A stretch of DNA of 64,000 bases from Candidatus Doudnabacteria bacterium RIFCSPHIGHO2_12_FULL_48_16 (lineage in GTDB: Bacteria > Patescibacteriota > Doudnabacteria > UBA920 > O2-02-FULL-48-8), in contig MFEY01000007.1 in NCBI GenBank assembly GCA_001780035.1, positions 6,212-70,211 on the forward strand, written 5' to 3'. Of the stretch, positions 1 to 9,012 are shown piece by piece (position 1 is the first letter of the stretch; each line of letters opens with the position of its first letter). Made by a program: the position numbers and the translations under genes. The notes under the pieces are model-generated. The model was not told where the DNA came from. It saw nothing but the letters and a program-made list of their open reading frames with translations, and did not search any database.

Positions 1-639
1 AACCCTCACCTTCCTTTGGGTTGGCCCGCGGGATAATTGTTTTTTCAAAAATTTCCGAGCCGCGCCGAATCGTATAAACGGCAAGCTGGCCCGCTGCTTG
101 TTTGGTCAGGGCCTGGATTTGTTCCACCGAAGTGATTGCCTGCCCGTTAATCTGGAGAATTGAATCCCCGGCCTTAAGGCCGGCCAGCGCCGCCGGACTG
201 GCGGCTTGAATCTCCAAAATTCCCACTGAAACGTTGCGCAAATGCGCGCCAGCGGGCAAGGGGTCGGTTTCGGACACGATGGTGGGCAAACCGGCGGCCA
301 TGCCGACAGAGAGCAAAACCCAGGCCAGAATCACATTCATGCTCACTCCGGCAATCAAGACCCCAAACCGCTGCCAGAAGCTTTTGTTGTTGAACGATCG
401 GGGGTCGGCAGTTTCTGAGCCGTCTTCGCCTAAAATTTTTACAAATCCCCCCAACGGTATCAGGTTTACTGAATAGGTTGTTTCGCCGCGGGTAAAACCG
501 AAAATCCGCGGCGGGAAGCCAAAGCCGAATTCATCCACCCGCATGCCGGCGCGCTTGGCCATAATAAAATGCCCAAGTTCGTGGACGAACACGAGTAAGC
601 CGAGAATGACTATAAAAACCAATATTGTAAGCAGTATCA
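1..639 (-). CDS. rseP: Site-2 protease RseP-like (M50 zinc metalloprotease with PDZ domain), N-terminal part; the gene continues past the window start
   Basis: Minus-strand translation from ATG near 639 gives MILLTILVFIVILGLLVFVHELGHFIMAKRAGM... with the HExxH motif, then a PDZ-like stretch (GDSILQINGQAITS). No stop codon before position 1. Confidence 0.75.
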
Positions 640-1197
640 TTATATCGTCAAAACCTCTTTCTCTTTTGCCTCGGCAATTTTTTTGATTTCGTCATTAAAT
701 TTATCCACCATTTTCTGCAAATCTTCCTTGCCGGAAATTTTACCGTCTTCACCTATCTTGCCGTCCTTTTCCATGGTCTGAATTTCTTTCCAAATATCTT
801 CGCGGATGTTGCGCACGCTGATGCGCGCCTTTTCCGCCATTTGAGACACGACCCTCACCAGCTCCTTGCGGCGGTCCTCGGTCATCTGCGGAATCGTTAA
901 GCGAATGTATAATCCGTCGTTAACCGGGTTGATTCCCAAATTTGAAGCTTGGATGGCTTTTTCAATATCCTTCAGCGAATTTTTATCGAACGGCTGAATC
1001 GCAATCATGCGCGGCTCCGGGACGCTGATCTGAGCCATGTGCATGAGCGGCGTTGCGGTCCCATAAAAATCGACAACGATATTTTCAACCAGGCCGGTAG
1101 AAGCTCTTCCTGTGCGCAGGGTTGCCAGCTCGTTTTTTAAATGATCCACGGCCTTTTGGAATTCCGGCTGTTTCTTGCTGATAATTTCAGGTGTCAT
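640..1197 (-). CDS. frr: Ribosome recycling factor
   Basis: The 185-aa product aligns along its whole length to RRF (…LRTGRASTGLVENIVVDFYGTATPL…RRKELVR…). Confidence 0.9.
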   Translation of the reverse strand: MTPEIISKKQPEFQKAVDHLKNELATLRTGRASTGLVENIVVDFYGTATPLMHMAQISVPEPRMIAIQPFDKNSLKDIEKAIQASNLGINPVNDGLYIRLTIPQMTEDRRKELVRVVSQMAEKARISVRNIREDIWKEIQTMEKDGKIGEDGKISGKEDLQKMVDKFNDEIKKIAEAKEKEVLTI

Positions 1198-1206
1198 AAA
1201 TTTGAA

Positions 1207-2265
1207 TTATGGATTGCTGAGTCCTAAATATAGCTCATTACTTGTTTGCGGGTCAATGACGATCCGCTTAACTTCGGCTCGGGTCGGCAGGATTTTGGTT
1301 TCCCAGGTCACGCCGCCGTTGGAACTCTGAAAAATGGTGCTACCTACGGCAACAAACAGGTTGTTGGAATTGTTGGGATTGACCGCGGCGCTGCTGACCC
1401 GCAAGGAGGCGTTCTTAAGCGGCAAAGACAGAAACGACCAAGTCTTGGCGTCGTTAACCGAGCGGAATAGCCCTTGATCGGTCGCCAAATACAAAACCTG
1501 CGGCTGCTTGCGATCCAGAGCCAGGTCATCAAACTGGCTGACCGACGCCTGAACGCTGGTGCTGCTGCTTAAACTTTGGGCGGTCAGTGCCGGCGTGGCC
1601 TGAGTCCAGGCAATGCCGCCGTCCGAACTGACAAACAAACCTTTGTGCAAAGTCAGGGCGTAAACCCGGCTCGACGACCCGAATTCAATTTCCAAAATCC
1701 GGTCCGCTAAATCTTTGGTCGCTTGCCAAGTATGCCCGCCGTCGAGCGAGCGGATAATTTCACCGCTTGATAACCCGGCCAGCACCAGCGAGGAATTGCC
1801 TTTGGAAACATCAATGGCCAGAACCGGGTTGCTTTTGGACGGCTCGGTGTAAATATCCACCCAAGAAGTGCCGCCATCCAGGCTTTTAATGATCTTGCCA
1901 TTGGTGCCGGACAACCCGGAGGCATAGACCACTTGCGGTTGGTAAGCATCCACCACAATCCCGGCCGCGGAAATGCCGGACAAGATATACCGCCACTGTT
2001 TGGCGGCATCGGTTGTTTTGTAAATACCATTGCTGGCGGCCAGATAAATCGTGGCTGAAGTGGAGGAATCAAACGCTATTGCGTTGACGTTGACTCCCGT
2101 AATGTCACCCTTAGGAAGGCTGCTGGCGAGGCGATAGCTCTCCCCCGCGTCTTCGGATTTAAACACTCCGCGAGCGCCGCCGCCGGTGCCCAAAAGCAGA
2201 TCCACGGTATCACAGGATGCCGCCATCAAGCTTAAGCCTAAAATTAAAAAAATAATTTTCCGCAT
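1207..2265 (-). CDS. BNR/Asp-box repeat beta-propeller lipoprotein (Ycf48-like or sialidase-like fold)
   Basis: Signal peptide with a lipobox (LMAASC). Repeated S-x-D-G-G-x-(T/S)-W Asp-box motifs (SLDGGTSW, SLDGGHTW, SSDGGIAW, SSNGGVTW). Confidence 0.55.
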   Translation of the reverse strand: MRKIIFLILGLSLMAASCDTVDLLLGTGGGARGVFKSEDAGESYRLASSLPKGDITGVNVNAIAFDSSTSATIYLAASNGIYKTTDAAKQWRYILSGISAAGIVVDAYQPQVVYASGLSGTNGKIIKSLDGGTSWVDIYTEPSKSNPVLAIDVSKGNSSLVLAGLSSGEIIRSLDGGHTWQATKDLADRILEIEFGSSSRVYALTLHKGLFVSSDGGIAWTQATPALTAQSLSSSTSVQASVSQFDDLALDRKQPQVLYLATDQGLFRSVNDAKTWSFLSLPLKNASLRVSSAAVNPNNSNNLFVAVGSTIFQSSNGGVTWETKILPTRAEVKRIVIDPQTSNELYLGLSNP

Positions 2266-2266
2266 A

Positions 2267-3049
2267 TTAAATTTTGATCATTAAATTGGCGAGCAATAAT
2301 TTACTGTTGACGTTTTGATTAAGGAGGCGCTGCGCCTCGGCCACGGCAGAGATTTTTTTTGTAAGCGCCAACGAAGGCTCGCGCCTGAGCTCGAGTTGAA
2401 GGTCAGCCAACCAACGCTGCAACAAAACCTGCAGATCCGGACTTTCCCAGTCCGCCAAATCTTGGACCAAAATCAGCTTGTCCGCCAGATCCGCGGCTGT
2501 GACTTTTTTGTAATACTCCGTGGCTTCGGCCAGTTTCGCGCAAGCAGCGGGCTCGAGAGCGGGCAGCTGCCGAATTTCTGATTCGTCCAAAGCTCCAAAG
2601 TTAATCTTTTGAACTCGCGAAATAATGGTCTTCGGCAGGCTACTTGAGTTGCTCGTGATCAAAATGATAACCGTCTGGCTCTTGGGTTCTTCTAAGGATT
2701 TCAAAAGTGCGTTGGCCGCTTCGGAATTCATCTCGTGGGCCGAGTCAATCACCGCCACCTTATAAACGCCCGAGTAAGGTTTAAGGGACAGCTTGTAAAC
2801 CAATTCGCGGATCTGAGCGATTTTGATTTCCCCTTCCTGGGCTATTTCAATGTAGTCGGGATGGAAAAAATCATCTCGATGTTCGAGTCCGGGAAGCAGA
2901 GCCTGGGCTAGCCTGCGGGCCACGGCTTTTTTGCCAATGCCGGCCGGGCCGGCAAACAGGTAAGCGTGGGCCAGCTTCGATAGAGCGATGCTTTGGGCCA
3001 GAAATTCCAGTTGTTTTTTGTGTCCTATAATTTGCCAATCCATAAGCAA
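2267..3049 (-). CDS. holB: DNA polymerase III delta-prime subunit
   Basis: AAA+ clamp-loader signature (FAGPAGIGKKAVARRLAQALL, then a sensor region TSNSSSLPKTIISRVQ). The 260-aa length is typical of HolB. Confidence 0.75.
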   Translation of the reverse strand: MLMDWQIIGHKKQLEFLAQSIALSKLAHAYLFAGPAGIGKKAVARRLAQALLPGLEHRDDFFHPDYIEIAQEGEIKIAQIRELVYKLSLKPYSGVYKVAVIDSAHEMNSEAANALLKSLEEPKSQTVIILITSNSSSLPKTIISRVQKINFGALDESEIRQLPALEPAACAKLAEATEYYKKVTAADLADKLILVQDLADWESPDLQVLLQRWLADLQLELRREPSLALTKKISAVAEAQRLLNQNVNSKLLLANLMIKI

Positions 3050-3070
3050 ATTTTACCACGTTTCCAAAGC

Positions 3071-3099
3071 ATTGACAAAACCACGAAAAAACCGTATAA
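3071..3099 (+). promoter_or_regulatory. Consensus sigma70-type promoter (TTGACA-N17-TATAAT), followed by GGAGG and then ATG at 3131
   Basis: I read ttgacaaaaccacgaaaaaaccgtataat, then ...gcggaggaacatac ATG. The -35, spacer, -10 and Shine-Dalgarno are all textbook, which is unusual for this genome. Confidence 0.4.
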
Positions 3100-3130
3100 T
3101 AGTATGTTCAACTCAAGCGGAGGAACATAC

Positions 3131-3411
3131 ATGCGAATCGATCACCGCGACAAGGACGGCGACGGGAAATTCCAGTCAGTTCGTCTGATCGGCTCGGCGA
3201 CGACGGCAAGGTCGTCTTCGGCGTCGGAATCGCCCTGCCCGGTGAATATCCTTTCGGGGTCCACAAGAACCCGGAAACGATCCGGGTTCTCACGGGCGTA
3301 ATGGAGATCAACGGCGCTATCTACCGGCCCGGCAGCAAACCGTTCCGGATCGAAGCCGGAGAAAGCGCCACAATCAAGGTCGAGGTTCCCTCGGCCTACC
3401 TGCGGACCTAA
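3131..3411 (+). pseudogene. ppnP: PpnP/YaiE-family (DUF1255 cupin) pyrimidine/purine nucleoside phosphorylase-like gene, interrupted by a +1/-1 frameshift near 3175-3190
   Basis: The ATG frame gives MRIDHRDKDGDGKFQSV... Another frame, ending at TAA 3409-3411, gives ...SSSDRLGDDGKVVFGVGIALPGEYPFGVHKNPETIRVLTGVMEINGAIYRPGSKPFRIEAGESATIKVEVPSAYLRT. That second stretch is collinear with E. coli PpnP (SVGVMVEGEYTF…VISGAL…YLCRY). The start and stop are in different frames, and the region is about 60% GC. Confidence 0.5.
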
Positions 3412-3544
3412 ATCAAAGGAGGTGACGCATGAAGCGCAAATCTGATTGAGGGTGTAGTTTGGCGAACACCTTCAATGAGTTAACCTAGGATGTCATTCCT
3501 TGAAGGTGCCGGTTCTCCCGACATCCTTCAAGCGAGCTGACATC

Positions 3545-3877
3545 ATGTCCAAGAAGACCATCGCCAGGTTCAGCACGGTCAGGTGGGTGCGGATGCAGGA
3601 CGAACTCGTGGACAGCGACGAGCAGGCCTACGAGATCTACCTCGCCGAGGGCCGGCTGCTGGTATCCACACCCGAAGCGGCGGCCCTCCCCCTGCTCACA
3701 TTCCTCGAGCGCGAGCAGGCCGGCCGGCGCATCCGCTACCTCTACCGCCGGCTCGGCCATAAGCGCCTAACAGCGCTTAACGGGGCTATCCTCGACTTCT
3801 ACCCGAAGGGGTCGGAGCGGGACGGGTTGCCGAGCATCGGCATCGAGGGCGGCGAGCTGAACGGACGGCAATTCTAG
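3545..3877 (+). CDS. Hypothetical protein inside the high-GC island
   Basis: ORF MSKKTIARFSTVRWVRMQDELVDSDEQAYEIYLAEGRLL… at about 65% GC, versus about 48% for the surrounding sequence. I recognise no domain. Confidence 0.3.
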   Translation: MSKKTIARFSTVRWVRMQDELVDSDEQAYEIYLAEGRLLVSTPEAAALPLLTFLEREQAGRRIRYLYRRLGHKRLTALNGAILDFYPKGSERDGLPSIGIEGGELNGRQF

Positions 3878-3883
3878 GGACAA

Positions 3884-3926
3884 CGGGGATCGTGCCTGCA
3901 AGGCGCGACCCCCGTCTTTTTTTGGA
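3884..3926 (+). terminator. Possible rho-independent terminator after the high-GC ORF
   Basis: An imperfect GC-rich stem (gggatcgtgcc…ggcgcgaccc) is followed by cgtcttttttt. Confidence 0.3.
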
Positions 3927-4184
3927 ACAAAAAACAGTAAGTCCTTTTTGACCGCTGCCGACGTATGGGGTGCGACAACAGTTCGGGCTTACTGATTTTT
4001 CTAAACGTTTAGTTAGGCTTAACCTTAATCAGTTTACGGAAGTGAAATTTTCCCGTCAAAACAATTTAAAACCTCTAACTACATTGGGGTTTCCGCCGTT
4101 GCTGTGACAAATTTGTGCGAAACTTGTGGGTAAGGTGTAAATTAAAAACCCATTCCTTTCGAAATGGGCTTTAATTCGATGTCA

Positions 4185-4568
4185 TTAGGACATTGTTGCC
4201 ATTGACCCTTTGTTCATTGAAGCATAGAGTGCCCAAACGCCAACCGCCAAATGCAGGATGGTGTCGGCCGGATTTTCCAGGTTCGCACCCAGGAAACTCT
4301 GATTGAAAATACTGTAAAGACCGACCAAAATGCCGACAACCCCCAAAACCATAACCAGGACTTTTTGGGAAGCCGCCGGGAAGGTGAATGCGGCCAACAG
4401 GCCGACCACGCCAAGAACTAAGTGGGCCCAGTTCTCGCCGTTATCAAACCACCAGTTGGAGCCGAAGATGCTTTTGTCAGCCGTCGGCCCGATTACGCCG
4501 ACAAAGCCCAAAACCCCCAGCAGGACCAAAATAAGGCCGCCAATAACTAAAAATTGCTTTGAATTCAT
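4185..4568 (-). CDS. Small multi-pass membrane protein
   Basis: 127 aa with four hydrophobic helices (LVIGGLILVLLGVLGFVGVIG, HLVLGVVGLLAAF, VLVMVLGVVGILVGL, LHLAVGVWALYA). Confidence 0.5.
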   Translation of the reverse strand: MNSKQFLVIGGLILVLLGVLGFVGVIGPTADKSIFGSNWWFDNGENWAHLVLGVVGLLAAFTFPAASQKVLVMVLGVVGILVGLYSIFNQSFLGANLENPADTILHLAVGVWALYASMNKGSMATMS

Positions 4569-4617
4569 AAACTCACCCCCTCTCTAGCCACATTATAATA
4601 TAAACTTAAGCAAACGG

Positions 4618-5082
4618 CTATTTGGAAGACGGTTTTTCGATTATGACCGTGCCGACCATTTCATCCGCCAAATGATCATGAAAATTATATTGCCCAGGCC
4701 GATTAAGGACGAATTCAAAACTTTCGCCCTGGTGGAGTCCCCGTCCCGCGTCGAAGCCCGGATAAGAACTGTGTGTGGGATGCGGCCCGACAGCCGGCCA
4801 GCGCAAAACAGAATCGTCGTTGCGGAAAACCAAATGATCGCAGACTGCCGCGGCCAGCGATGCGGGATCAAATTTGCCATCGTTCATAACTACGGTCAGG
4901 GTTTGAGAATTTACCACTCCCAAACAATCATAGGCTTTTGCCGGCGGCAACTTGATAATTCCGGCATGCACGAGCGGATAACCGCCGACCATCAGAAACA
5001 TAACCAAAAACAAAACTTTTTTCCAGAATGCAAGCTGCCTGAATTCCTCCACAAATTGTTTGAAGATGTTTAGCATAAGCAA
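4618..5082 (-). CDS. Membrane-anchored cupredoxin-like protein (HPTH…FHDH motif); paralog of 57511-57918
   Basis: N-terminal transmembrane segment. WPAVGPHPTHSSYPGFDAG…ESFEFVLNRPGQYNFHDHL aligns with WPASAPHPTHTDYPEFDS…ETWSFTFGKVGSWKFHDHL in the later ORF. Confidence 0.5.
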   Translation of the reverse strand: MLMLNIFKQFVEEFRQLAFWKKVLFLVMFLMVGGYPLVHAGIIKLPPAKAYDCLGVVNSQTLTVVMNDGKFDPASLAAAVCDHLVFRNDDSVLRWPAVGPHPTHSSYPGFDAGRGLHQGESFEFVLNRPGQYNFHDHLADEMVGTVIIEKPSSK

Positions 5083-5377
5083 ATTATATCATAACTATAA
5101 AAAACCACCTGACGGTGATTTTTTATTAGACCGGTGTGCTGTCAACTCCACTAATCTTGCCCTTACGGACTCCACTAGCCTAGGAACTGGTTCAAGAGGT
5201 TGCCCTTACTTGTTCTAAACCCGGGTTGTTTCTTCCCCGAGCGCACCAATTCGGATTCAACAGTGCCTGATCCCCGAACGACCTTTTTAGAGCCGTCCAT
5301 CTGGCAAAAGTTGCCTCTCACCAGAACGATCGTAGAGACATTATAGAAATCCCCACTCAGCCGGTCAAGAAAAATAA

Positions 5378-5406
5378 AAACCCTGCCAAATGCAGGGATT
5401 TTTATA
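5378..5406 (-). terminator. Rho-independent terminator downstream of mreB
   Basis: On the minus strand: ccctgc-attt-ggcaggg, followed by tttttattttt. Confidence 0.5.
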
Positions 5407-5491
5407 TGAATGTTTATAACCTGTGAGCAACTTTGGGATAAACTGTGCTCAAATTTTATTTCCAGTAGTTTTACGCGCTCTGCGCCGAGCG

Positions 5492-6499
5492 TCACTTACT
5501 GGCAAGAATGCTTTTTTTGTAACTTTCAAGGTTATCGAGAGCCACGCCGGTGCCTTTCACCACACACAGAATCGCGTCTTCGGCCACATAAGCCGGCACT
5601 CCGGTTGATTGGCCAATCAGCTTGTCCAGGTTCTTAAGTAAGGCGGTGCCGCCGGTCATAACCATACCCTTATCAATAATGTCCGCGGCCAATTCGGGGG
5701 GCGTTTCCTGCAAAACTGATCGGATAGCCTTAATAATCTCCCGCAACTCATCTTGAATCGCCTCCACCACTTCATTGGTTGAAATCTGAATCGTTTTCGG
5801 CAGGCCCTGGACCATATCCCGACCGCGGATTTCAATGGTGGTTTGTTTTTCGACCGGCAAAGCGGAACCAATTTTGATCTTGATTTCCTCCGCGGTCCTA
5901 TCGCCCACCGCCAGGCCGTGGCGCTTCTTGATATAAGCCGCAATGGCCGCGTCCAGTTTATTGCCCGCCACCCGAACCGAAGTTTGGGTTACGATTCCGC
6001 CTAAAGATAAAATTGCCACGTCAGTGGTGCCGCCGCCGATATCGATAATCATGTTGCCGGAGGCAGCAGCGATATCAATCCCCGCTCCGATGGCGGCCGC
6101 CACGGTTTCCTTGATGACATAGGCGGCCTTGGCCCCGGCGGCGGTGGCCGCGTCAATCACAGCGCGGCGTTCGGTCGAGGTAATTCCGCCCGGCACGGAA
6201 ATCATAACTTCCGGCCGAAAAAACCGGATGTTGCCCGCGGCCTTGTTTATAAAATAACGAAGCATTGCTTCGGTTACACGGTAATCGGCAATCACGCCAT
6301 CTTTCATCGGCCGATGCGCGACAATCGTATCCGGCGTGCGGCCCAGCATTTCTTTGGCTTCGCCCCCGACAGCCATAATTTTATTATCCACGGTCGAAAT
6401 GGCCACTACCGTGGGTTCGTTGATTATGATGCCTTTTTTCGGGACAAAAACCAGAGTGTTGGCTGTGCCGAGATCAATGCCTATTTTTTGTAAAAACAT
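5492..6499 (-). CDS. mreB: Rod-shape-determining protein MreB
   Basis: MFLQKIGIDLGTANTLVFV… is an actin-fold MreB. The start is trimmed to the internal Met because the upstream ORF extension is low-complexity. Confidence 0.9.
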   Translation of the reverse strand: MFLQKIGIDLGTANTLVFVPKKGIIINEPTVVAISTVDNKIMAVGGEAKEMLGRTPDTIVAHRPMKDGVIADYRVTEAMLRYFINKAAGNIRFFRPEVMISVPGGITSTERRAVIDAATAAGAKAAYVIKETVAAAIGAGIDIAAASGNMIIDIGGGTTDVAILSLGGIVTQTSVRVAGNKLDAAIAAYIKKRHGLAVGDRTAEEIKIKIGSALPVEKQTTIEIRGRDMVQGLPKTIQISTNEVVEAIQDELREIIKAIRSVLQETPPELAADIIDKGMVMTGGTALLKNLDKLIGQSTGVPAYVAEDAILCVVKGTGVALDNLESYKKSILASK

Positions 6500-6569
6500 A
6501 GGGTTAGTGGGTAGTGCGTAGTGATTAGTTTGTAGAGTAGAGTTATTACCCACTACAAACCACCAACTA

Positions 6570-7823
6570 CTAACCAATTCTTTTAATATCCGCCCCCAAA
6601 GCTTGTAATCTTTCCTCTAATCTTTCATAACCGCGATCAATATGCTCGACGCCGGCGATTTCCGACTGGCCATCCGCCACCAGGGCCGCGATTACCATGG
6701 TCATCCCCATGCGAATATCCAAGCTTTCTATTTTAGCACCCTTCAGGGCCACCGGGCCAATGATTTTTACGCGATGGGGATCCAAAATGTCCGCTTTGGC
6801 CCCCATTTTCTTGAGTTGATCGACATACCCCAGCCGGTTTTCATACAGCCATTCATAAATTAACGATTCGCCCGCGGCCTGGGTGGCCAGCACGGCCAGG
6901 GTCGGCATATCGTCCGAAGCCAGCTTGGGATAAAGGCCGCATTGAATTTTGGTTGCCTTGTAAGCCTCAGCTGGCGGCAAGACATGGACAAAATCATTGC
7001 CGATTTCAAACTTAACTTTCATTTGGGAAAGCTTCAGTAAAAAATCGTCAAGAAAATCCGGATTGAGGCCGCTAACAGTAATATCACTTTTGGTCGCGCT
7101 AGCCAGCGTGATCAAACTTGCCGCCTCATTCGAATCCGGAATTATCCGAACCTGCGCGCCATGGAGCTTGGCCACCCCCTCGATAATAACCGTCGGCGTG
7201 CCGATGCCGAAAATTTTTGCGCCCATGAGGTTCAAAAACTCACAGAGTTGCTGGACATGCGGCTCCATGGCCGCCAGTTTGATCGTAGTCAGTCCTTCGG
7301 CCCGGCATGCGGCCAAAACGATATTTTCTGTCGCGGTCACAGAGGATTCTTCCAAAACAATTTTGGTGCCAATAAGCGCCGTGGCTTCAATTTTGATGCC
7401 ATCGGCAACCATAACACGGGCGCCAAGCTTTTGAAATGCAGATAAATGCGAATCGATCGGCCGTTTACCGATCAAGTCACCGCCCGGAAAAACCATACTG
7501 GCGGATTTTTCACGGCCCAGAAGCGCGCCAAGGAGGACAATCGAACCGCGAAGCTTGGCTGCCAAAACCGAATCCAGGCCGGTTTTTTTTAAATTTACGG
7601 CTTTGATCCAAACTTCGTCGCCGCTTACCGTTACTTCAGCGCCCAAATCTCGGATCAAATCAACAATTACTTCCCTGTCCTTGATCGCCGGCACGTTGGT
7701 GAACCGGCATTCTTCCTTAGTCAAAAGCGCGGCCGCAAACAGCGGAAACATCGCGTTTTTGGAGCCAGCCACCCGAATTTCCCCGGATAATTTTTTACCG
7801 CCTTGGATAATAAATTTAGACAT
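6570..7823 (-). CDS. murA: UDP-N-acetylglucosamine 1-carboxyvinyltransferase
   Basis: The 417-aa product matches MurA along its full length (MSKFIIQGGKKLSGEIRVAGSKNA…). Confidence 0.9.
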   Translation of the reverse strand: MSKFIIQGGKKLSGEIRVAGSKNAMFPLFAAALLTKEECRFTNVPAIKDREVIVDLIRDLGAEVTVSGDEVWIKAVNLKKTGLDSVLAAKLRGSIVLLGALLGREKSASMVFPGGDLIGKRPIDSHLSAFQKLGARVMVADGIKIEATALIGTKIVLEESSVTATENIVLAACRAEGLTTIKLAAMEPHVQQLCEFLNLMGAKIFGIGTPTVIIEGVAKLHGAQVRIIPDSNEAASLITLASATKSDITVSGLNPDFLDDFLLKLSQMKVKFEIGNDFVHVLPPAEAYKATKIQCGLYPKLASDDMPTLAVLATQAAGESLIYEWLYENRLGYVDQLKKMGAKADILDPHRVKIIGPVALKGAKIESLDIRMGMTMVIAALVADGQSEIAGVEHIDRGYERLEERLQALGADIKRIG

Positions 7824-7834
7824 AAATTTAAAAT

Positions 7835-8989
7835 TTATGATTTATCATTTGGAATTTCAAAATATTTCGCCAGTTCTTGCTCGCTAAACCCGACCCATTC
7901 CGGCTCGGAAACCAATCGCATCCCCGTTTTGGCAAAGACTTCCTGCCTGACGAGCTTAAACAAACCGGCCACGTCCCGGGCTTTGGCGCTCCCCGTGTTT
8001 ACTATAACCAAAGCCTGATTTTTCCACAACCGGGCGGCCCCGATGCTTTGGCCCTTGAGGCCGCAAATATCAACCAAAAAAGCCGCCGGAATTTTGATCC
8101 GTTTTTCTTCGGCAAACCGAAGCTTGAGTTCCTGCAACCTGGATACAATTTCCGGCGAAAAATTCCGGCCCAGCGTCTGTTCCAATCTCAAATAGTTTTG
8201 CGGGGTTAAAATTAAATTCTTAAAACACGATCCGGCGCAGCCGAACTCATTAAGATCCGGAAATTTTTTGCTCCGAATAGCGATCACCGCCTGGCGGATT
8301 TCGGGCAACCCCGGCGATGGATTGTTGGCGCCAGCGAAATAATTACTCAGGTCGATATAGCTTAAATTCGGCTTGGGTTGGCGCGCCAAGGTAAAAGTTA
8401 CGCTGAGAATCGCATATTTATTTTTCCAAATCGTATTAAAATTGCTCTGCCGGTATTCAAATCCACACTGGTCATTGTTGAAAATTTGGATTTCCAACTC
8501 TTCGAGGTCCAAAACCTCAACCGAGCTGACTACCCGCGATGCTTCTTGTCCGTAAGCGCCAACGTTTTGAATCGGGATTGCCCCGCTTCGGCCGGGAATA
8601 CCGGAAAGATTTTCGATGCCCCAAAGTTCCTTGAGTGCGCAAAGGGCGGCAATATCGTCCCAAACTTCCCCGCTACCAACCCGGATCTCCACCCGGTTGT
8701 CGTCGTCATGTAAAATTTCAATGCCTTTGATTGCGATGTTGATGACCATTCCGCGAAAGCCGGCATCGGCGAAGAGCAAATTGCTGCCGCCGGCCAAAAT
8801 AAATACCGCCAAATCTTTGCCGCGGGCAAATTTTAGCGCCTCTTTCAGCTCTTCCAGTGTTTGCACCACGCAATAAAAATCGGCCGGGCCGCCGATACGG
8901 AAGGTGGTTACCTGGTCTAAATTAAACTTTTCTTTGATCTCCATAAGCCTGCTTATTTTAGCAGAAATAAGGGCGCTTGAAAATGCCAT
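7835..8989 (-). CDS. murB: UDP-N-acetylenolpyruvoylglucosamine reductase
   Basis: FAD-binding MurB N-terminus (FRIGGPADFYCVVQTLEELKEALKFARGKDLAVFILAGGSNLL). The 384-aa length means a C-terminal extension. Confidence 0.8.
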   Translation of the reverse strand: MAFSSALISAKISRLMEIKEKFNLDQVTTFRIGGPADFYCVVQTLEELKEALKFARGKDLAVFILAGGSNLLFADAGFRGMVINIAIKGIEILHDDDNRVEIRVGSGEVWDDIAALCALKELWGIENLSGIPGRSGAIPIQNVGAYGQEASRVVSSVEVLDLEELEIQIFNNDQCGFEYRQSNFNTIWKNKYAILSVTFTLARQPKPNLSYIDLSNYFAGANNPSPGLPEIRQAVIAIRSKKFPDLNEFGCAGSCFKNLILTPQNYLRLEQTLGRNFSPEIVSRLQELKLRFAEEKRIKIPAAFLVDICGLKGQSIGAARLWKNQALVIVNTGSAKARDVAGLFKLVRQEVFAKTGMRLVSEPEWVGFSEQELAKYFEIPNDKS

Positions 8990-9012
8990 AATTAAAAGGT
9001 AAACTATAAATA

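Noticed and set aside
3464-3507. The inverted repeat caccttcaa…ttgaaggtg with GTTAAC and CCTAGG sites, considered as cloning-site evidence for vector contamination
   Set aside because: Short palindromic hexamers occur by chance and I found no vector backbone sequence. I kept it only as a note under the high-GC island finding.
5175-5495. ORF of 106 aa on the minus strand in the mreB downstream spacer
   Set aside because: Low-complexity sequence, spans the terminator hairpin, has no start context and no similarity to anything. The region is more likely non-coding or an RNA.
6500-6577. N-terminal extensions in the ORF track for mreB, and likewise for rpsL (54672-54767), the DMT transporter (59234-59416), rplD (47651-47692), tuf (50729-50761) and the second PEP-utiliser gene (62366-62560)
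   Set aside because: The extensions run into repeat elements or into the upstream gene and lack homology. The conserved protein N-termini begin at the internal Met codons given in the features.
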